The position numbers were made by a program, and so were the translations under genes. A stretch of DNA of 15,020 nt. It comes from Paraspadella gotoi. Lineage: Eukaryota > Animalia > Chaetognatha. Under the pieces are notes generated by a model that worked only from the letters and a program-made list of their open reading frames with translations, ran no database searches and was not told the origin of the DNA. The stretch spans positions 1 through 15,020 of the forward strand of contig JBJCIZ010001164.1 in assembly GCA_051294375.1 (NCBI GenBank), given 5' to 3'. Below are positions 9,281-15,020 of the stretch, piece by piece (positions within the stretch are counted from its first letter, which is position 1; each line of letters starts with the position of its first letter).

Positions 9281-9363
9281 CTAGCAGTTACGAGGGACGG
9301 GGCGCTTAACCCGCCTGTAACATGGTGTTACAGGCCTGTTCCGAAGCTCAGGGAACTCGCTCG
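9281..9363 (+). ncRNA. Twister self-cleaving ribozyme, P5-type permutation, with minimal self-complementary P1
   Basis: P5 CTAGCAGTTAC (9281-9291) / GAACTCGCTCG (9353-9363), imperfect. P2 GAGG (9292-9295) / CCC (9310-9312), one base short. Conserved G9296-A9297. T1 CGG (9298-9300) pairs with loop CCG (9341-9343). P1 GGCGCT (9301-9306). Cleavage motif U9307|A9308-A9309. T2 GC (9313-9314) / GC (9346-9347). P3 CTGTAACA-TGG-TGTTACAG. P4 CCTG/CAGG enclosing T-TCCG-AA-GC-T (cf. canonical UCCC-AA-GC). Confidence 0.75.
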
Positions 9364-9544
9364 ATTGTTTGAACGGGTTCTTCAACTAACACATAACAAA
9401 ATTACTTATCTCGTGCATTGGTGAGCACCGACTCCAACACACAACCAGCAACAACAATAACTTTCAGGCGATATGCCTTCAACCTGGCGATGCCAATTTC
9501 CGCCCACAACACAGTGGAAAATATAAGTCATCATTTTTACTTTT

Positions 9545-9684
9545 ATTTTAAAGCGACATCAATATGATAGCTGTATATAAATTTATTATTAAATATTAAA
9601 ATTAATTAATTAATTAAATTATCGATTATTTAATTAATTAATTTTTTGTAGCAGACTCCGATAATGTTTGCTCAAACTGGTTTT
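9545..9684 (+). mobile_element. DINE-1/HINE-like 3' fragment, copy B
   Basis: AAGCGACATCAATATG..., then (TAAT)n, then GTAGCAGACTCCGATAATGTTTGCTCAAACTGGTTTT; homologous to 6426-6604. Confidence 0.6.
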
Positions 9685-10312
9685 TGTTGTATTCTTGTGC
9701 ACTTCGTTGCCCGATTTAAATCGATGTTAAAAACAAACCGCCTTGAAGTAGACAGTAATTATTGTTTGTGCTAGTAGACTAGAAACCATTCAATATAAGA
9801 GTATGTTACTGAGATCCAGACAGTGGATCCCTTATTAACCGCCGCGCTCTCAAGCTCGTATCCCTCTTAATTATATAATTTGCTAGTATGGGGGGGAGGG
9901 GACTAGGCGTGGCTAGAACCATCCAGACCTGGCGGTGTCTTGGCAGAGGATCTGACAGTTAGCCTTGCGCTCTCGGGCAAAACCCATGGTATGGAATGGC
10001 CCGCTGATCTAAGAATTCGAAGGAAACGCCTGTTTGTCGTGGAGTATTTAGCAAATATCCACCATCACCCCCTTCTCTCCAGTACACCCTGAGCCCTAGC
10101 ATTCGTAAAACTCCATTTATAATACAATAAAATGAATATCATAATAACTCAGCTATATAATATATTTATATATCCCCATGCCACCATCTTTCCAACGGTA
10201 AAACACATGTACTCACACTACACACTACTATCTCACCACCGCGACTTCTTGTTTAGTTCTGTTCAACCCACTAGATTGGTTTTCCGCGCTTAATTAATTC
10301 TTAGGGCCTCAC

Positions 10313-10636
10313 AATTCTGTCCGGAAAGGTGGCGTTTAATAAACCAACATTAAACAGTTTGAAATCTTTTATAGTTGTCATAAACGCACTTGGACATTCG
10401 CGGCGGTCAGCTTTAATGATAATAGATTTTTGGATATGAAATTTAATTGTAGACATTTCAATGTCCCGGGACAGGAATGCATTATCGCGATATATTTCTT
10501 CATCGTGCGGCAGAAGTCTTTTAACCAAAATTTATCCCATTTGGATTTCTGAGACAGCCATGGGATTTTATCTTTAACCTCGTGGCTGAGCAGCCATAAC
10601 AAAAGTGTCTGCTAGAGCTTGTGACTCGCTGAGACC
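10313..10636 (-). CDS. Candidate host exon, Ly6/three-finger-like (ODR-2/HOT-like) extracellular Cys domain, frameshifted
   Basis: On the minus strand a polypyrimidine tract and cAG acceptor (10638-10637) precede it, and a GTgagg donor starts at 10312. The stitched translation RHFCYGCS.HEVKDKIPWLSQKSKWDKFW...NAFLSRDIE(C)LQLNF...KADRRECPSAFMTTIKD resembles the CYxC...C...CxSxCxT pattern, but one expected Cys reads Phe and several indels are needed. Confidence 0.35.
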
Positions 10637-10638
10637 CT

Positions 10639-10680
10639 GAGAGAAGAGAGAGAAAGAGAGAGAAAGCGAGAGAAAGAGAG
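10639..10680. repeat. (GA)n-rich tract
   Basis: Direct inspection. Confidence 0.9.
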
Positions 10681-11488
10681 CAGATGACGAATGCATTAAA
10701 ATTACTGCTAAAAAACGCCCACGGATGGAGGAGAAACTGTTACCCTTAGGCGATCCTTTTTTTGCCGGGTACCCCTCCGAGTTTTTTAACGCTAATATGA
10801 CCCCGGCGGGTAGTCTTACCGATTAACTTCTATACTTATAAACTATCGAGTTTGCTTAAAAGTACCAAAGTTACTTTAAAAAAAGCACCAGGGTAGCCAT
10901 ACATAAAGAAAATGCACATAATACCCCACCATAATACGTTTATAATACGTTATTGAATCAACGGAAACCAGTGCTGCGCCAAATACATGTAAATCACTTC
11001 AAAGCGTCTTAAATCTTTGAACTGTTAAGACCTGCGGCACAAATAACATTTTGCTACTTGCAAAAATATTTTGTAAATCAACAATAATATTTTTTTTTTG
11101 TTTCAATATTATGATTAAAATGCTTTTGATCAATTATCGTCGCTTTAAATTTTTTTTTTTTTTACCCGTTTAATAAATTCGACTCGAGTTATCGTATTAT
11201 TTGACGAAAAGGGAATTAAAATGAAAAGAAGAAAGCCGAAAGCCGATAGGAGGCCTAAAGGTAAACGGGTTAGCGGGTTGGATAGGAGCAATGGCTGAAC
11301 ATGGACTTATGCGTGGCCAGATTTACAAGAGAGCCCTTCCCCTTGCGGTTTCGATCATCCGACTCGATTAAAAAAAAAAATATACTTAATATGTCAACTA
11401 CAAGGAATTTGTCGCGTTGAAAAAAAAAAATACTAATTATCTCTGGAAAATCTCGTTAAGGCCGCAGAGGTTTTTGCAAGAAAAATGT

Positions 11489-11532
<44 letters not shown>

Positions 11533-11543
11533 GGGGAGGGGGG
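11489..11543. repeat. (GA)n microsatellite followed by poly-G
   Basis: Direct inspection. Confidence 0.95.
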
Positions 11544-12167
11544 CGTGAGAGATTTAAAAATCCCTTTCAAAACCCATGACAGTCCAATTTTTCCTCCGAT
11601 TCCAAGCGGAAAGTCGTTATTTTTTTCCGACTTTAGCGAGTCTAAGCGCCCATCGTATGCGGCGCTCATTCGATTCGAAATGACAAAGGATAATGAGACT
11701 GCACGAATTTTCTAAAAAAAAATTAATTCACGCGAACAATCTGCGCCAGCCGCTGCCGAGCATTAGCTGTAAAAGGAGGGCGGGCAGGAGCGGGCTGCGG
11801 TCGCGAGCACGGCCTTTCTCGATTTGAAAATTAGTTGTATACCCGTGTCAGGTGATCGTCGAGAAAAAAAAAAGGAATTTAGCGTGAACATGGAGACGGG
11901 CGTCCAATCGAGAGCCGTCGCCCCTGACACCGACGAATCGGGCGGCGCTCGAATCAAGCCAGCGTTCCGATATCCGACGCCATCCGACGCCGCAAATTAA
12001 ATTATTCTTCCACGGCTGGAGATAAGGAGGAAACTGGGAGGAGGGTAGGCCGAGTGGGAGAAGGTTTGGATCAAGAGCTAGCTAAAAAAAAAAAGGGCCT
12101 TATTTTCCTGGAACGCCAAATTTCGTTTTCTAAAATTTCGGAATAATAAATTTTTTTGGATTAAAAA

Positions 12168-12348
12168 TTAGGTTAGAGGTTTTGGGTAGAGATTAAAGAT
12201 TAGGGTTTAAGGATAGCGCGTAAGGGTTAATTATTACTGATGAATATTCTTGGTTGGCGTTAAGCATTAGGATTATAGGGCGTTAGGCAATTGCGGTAGG
12301 TAATAAGTTTGTAATTAGATTTAAATTAAATTCAGGGTTAAAATTAAG
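12168..12348 (+). repeat. Degenerate telomere-like (TTAGG/TTAGGG/TTAGGC) tract
   Basis: TTAGGTTAGAGG, TTAGGGTTTAAGG, TAAGGGTTA, TTAGGATTATAGGG, TTAGGC and TTCAGGGTTA all lie on one strand. Confidence 0.45.
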
Positions 12349-12355
12349 TTCTCAG

Positions 12356-12831
12356 GAAATAGAATCTGAAACTGCAGGCACCATTAGGAAAAGAGAGCGA
12401 AAAAACGGCACACGATGAACTTATTTAATGAAATAAACAAGGGAGAAAAGGCGAAGACCTTGGAATCCAGTTCATACCTTGATATTTAAGGGATGAGAGA
12501 ATAAAGAACGAAAAGAGGGCGCTTTTGAAACTTATAAGCAAGATTCAAAAGCGAGAATATTGGCTAAGCGAGACAGCGAAGCTCTAGAAAGGATGACTTT
12601 AAGAAAAAAAAGTCAGAGTTCCGCCGAGAAAGCGAAAAAGACGCCTAAGAACAATGCGCGAGGGCGGCCGAAATCAAAGCCAAAAAGTTTAATTTGAGAA
12701 AAGAGGAGTTTAAGGAAACGCGTAACGAGAGAAGAGAGGACGGGTAAAAAAAAAGGTGAGACAGGTTACGCAAGCGCAGCGACCGCAGAAGGTGCGTCCT
12801 TAACGCTAGAGCCGCTCACGGGTCCAAATCG
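12356..12831 (+). other. Purine-rich, exon-like segment with K/E/R-rich broken frames
   Basis: ttctcAG at 12355 and GTatgg at 12832; fragments such as EGAFETYKQDSKARILAKRDSEALERMTLRKKSQSSAEKAKKTPK. No continuous frame. Confidence 0.2.
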
Positions 12832-14885
12832 GTATGGGGTTTTTAATCCTGTTTTGTTGCTACCTTAACATTGGTAAGAGATAGAAGGGAAGAGATCACA
12901 AAATAAATTTATGAAAAACATGCCTAATGTTATAATTATTGTGAACGCTTACTGTCGAATCCTTTGCCTCAACATCTCGGGGGGTTCGGCGAGATTTCCG
13001 ACCGAAGGCTTCGTAGTGGATGCTAAATCTCGACCCTGGAGCCCCATAGAAAATAATAAACATTTTTTCTACACCTTACTTTAAAATTACTTTTTGTCTA
13101 TTTCAAAACTATTTGAAACGCTTTTAAGCGGCTAGAAATAAAGGAGCGGTGAGACACCGAGGGGGAAGAAGTTACGGATTTTGTAGCTCAATTTTTCCAT
13201 TTCTTGTCGAAAAGTCCTGTCAACTCTTCGTTTTAAACCACATTTCTGCATCCTTCTGCAAATCATTTTCCGTTGCCTCACTTCAAGCTAATCTTCCTGT
13301 AATAACATTTGATTTGCTTTGCCACATCAATTTTTCGCTCCCTTTGCCACTGCCTTGACACCTCTACTTGGCCATTTTTATTCCCATTCTTTTTTCCCTC
13401 CATCATCCCCATTTTTTTTCTCTCCCCGCCCACGTTCACTGGCGCGCCTGGAGTGGACGGGGGCGAAGGCCGCCCCTTTCGACAGCGGGCCGTCGCTAAA
13501 TTCCATTTTGCGAAAACAAAGAATTTGGAAAAATCCGAAAACAGATTTAGCGGCGCTGGTGAAAAAAAAGCGGAGGAAATTGAAGGCGTGATGAATAATG
13601 AAATATTGTGGAACCAGGAAAGAACGTTTAGTTTTCAGAAGTGATCGTCATCTTCCCCCCAAAAAAATTATTTTAAAATTAAAAAAAAAATAAATAAATA
13701 AAAAACTAATAGTAGGTTAGTTGACGCTTTCACCTTGGCAAAGGTCGACTTAAAATCCAATTTTTATATTGCAGAAAAAAATCTTCAAAATCTCTTTAAG
13801 TTTTAGTTTCGCGTTTCATTTATTTTTTTTTTTCCCGGGAATTGTTCCCCCCCCCTTCCCGTTTTTAAAAAAAATTTCGGAGGGATACTTGAATATTCAA
13901 GTTAATCAGTTAAATATGACGAAAAATTCATAGAGAAAAATAAAAATAGATAAGAGCGAATATATAATTATTCAAAAATTTGTGAGAAAAAAAAATGTGA
14001 TAGAAAATCAGCTCGGAATAATTTTTTTTTTTATGTAAAAAAAAAAAAAAAAGAAAACCAAAAAAAATTATTCCCTTTTTACGAAACTTCACTCCACTTC
14101 CTTTGTTAAATCTTATCTCTCACAATTCTTTCCTTTCCTCCTCACCCTCATTTCTTTTTATTCCTTCGTTCTTTTTTTTTTCCCCCCGGACTTCCTTGGC
14201 TCGCTATTTTTTCTTTTCCTCTCCTTTCCTTTCCTTCCTTCCTTCCCTCCCTCTTTCTTTCTATTCACAGATGGAAAAGAGGAACGGTTCGAGTTACGTT
14301 TTATCTGGAGACTCAAAAGACTCTCCTGCTGCAGCCGTCGTTCGTCGACATCCGTCTCTAAAGGTAAAGCCGCTCCGCAGCCGACGCGATCTTCCATTTC
14401 ACCTTTCACTAGTTTTGATAAAAATAAAAGATTTTCAATTCGACCTTCTTTTGAAATTCACTCTTTTTTTTTTTTTTTTCAAATTATACAATTTTTTAAA
14501 ACCAAAACGGTAATTCAAATTCTGAGTTGCGTCCGTGTAGTTCGACCACGCATACCATTTAGACCATATATATAAATATATATATAAACACATATATAAT
14601 AAATTGATGAATGACGAAGTATTCCCTAAGATGTTGAGATTTTTTTAACGTAAGTTGGACAGACCAACGAGAGACAGACAGAGTCAAAGAGAGAGAAAAT
14701 GAAAGCTAATTATTAAATGGTTGAATAAGAAAAAAAAAAACACGCTCACAGAAAAGTAAGTTTGCTAACAGACCAGCTCATCTTTCTTATTTTACGAATA
14801 ACTGTCACTAAACCAATTATAGAAATATTAATCAATCGCCTTTGAAACGTCCCTAACTATTAGACCAGCCATCCAAAACATACTC

Positions 14886-15020
14886 TCTCTGCCAACTCGA
14901 GGGGAAGGAGAATTCGATATTCCACGCGTTTGATGTCGTCCATCGTTTTGGCAATTATCTAAACAAATCTAAGGAGTATCATTATGGTGGACTAAAATCC
15001 ACCAACCATTCATCAGCGGC
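14886..15020 (+). repeat. Direct repeat copy 2 of 9013-9175, running off the window edge
   Basis: Offset is 5873 bp at GCCAACTCGAG (9018 vs 14891). Confidence 0.85.

Noticed and set aside
9222-9310. Minus-strand HDV-like ribozyme (hairpin followed by GGCGAAUG, plus an L3-like UCCCUCG)
   Set aside because: No consistent P1, P2, P3 and P1.1 could be built; the L3-like string is simply the antisense of the twister core.
9122-9424. 100-aa ORF over the ribozyme
   Set aside because: No recognisable domain; better explained as a chance frame in GC-rich structured sequence.
9901-10035. Degenerate hammerhead (AGGCGT ... CTGATCTA ... GAAACGCCT)
   Set aside because: The core reads CUGAUCU rather than CUGANGA, there is no stem II, and the cleavage triplet would be GUG. 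Worth rechecking only after polishing.
11433-12000. ORFs 11433..11669 and 11763..11957, and an open plus frame at ~11773-12000
   Set aside because: Microsatellite read-through or GC-rich open frames with no recognisable motif; an exon cannot be excluded but is unsupported.
13149-14513. F/S/L-rich or K/E/R-rich ORFs in the right-hand region
   Set aside because: Products of polypyrimidine/polypurine low-complexity sequence.

Overview
Eukaryotic genomic DNA, probably from an invertebrate and possibly a nematode (inference). It comes from a low-accuracy, gap-filled assembly: there are two gaps of exactly 25 N, and repeat copies differ mainly by small indels, so frameshifts may be sequencing errors. 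From left to right: (1) a ~2.1-kb frameshifted minus-strand reading frame (2212->136) carrying a PLDLS motif and a C2H2 finger, and ending in a segment that resembles the region just before the GSGW motif of Maverick/Polinton (adintovirus-like) protein-primed PolB; (2) a GC-rich block with (CT)n tracts and another broken ORF; (3) AT-rich host-like DNA with candidate exons (a transmembrane exon and a Ly6/ODR-2-like exon) and several DINE-1/HINE-like fragments; (4) an 18-bp minisatellite; (5) the best finding, a P5-type twister ribozyme candidate at 9281-9363 with a compensatory T1 pseudoknot and a P1 reduced to a 6-nt self-complementary sequence. The ribozyme follows a run of hairpins, and the sequence upstream of those hairpins recurs at the right edge of the window. 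No rRNA, tRNA or CRISPR array was seen. All protein-family calls are by-eye motif recognition, not database results.
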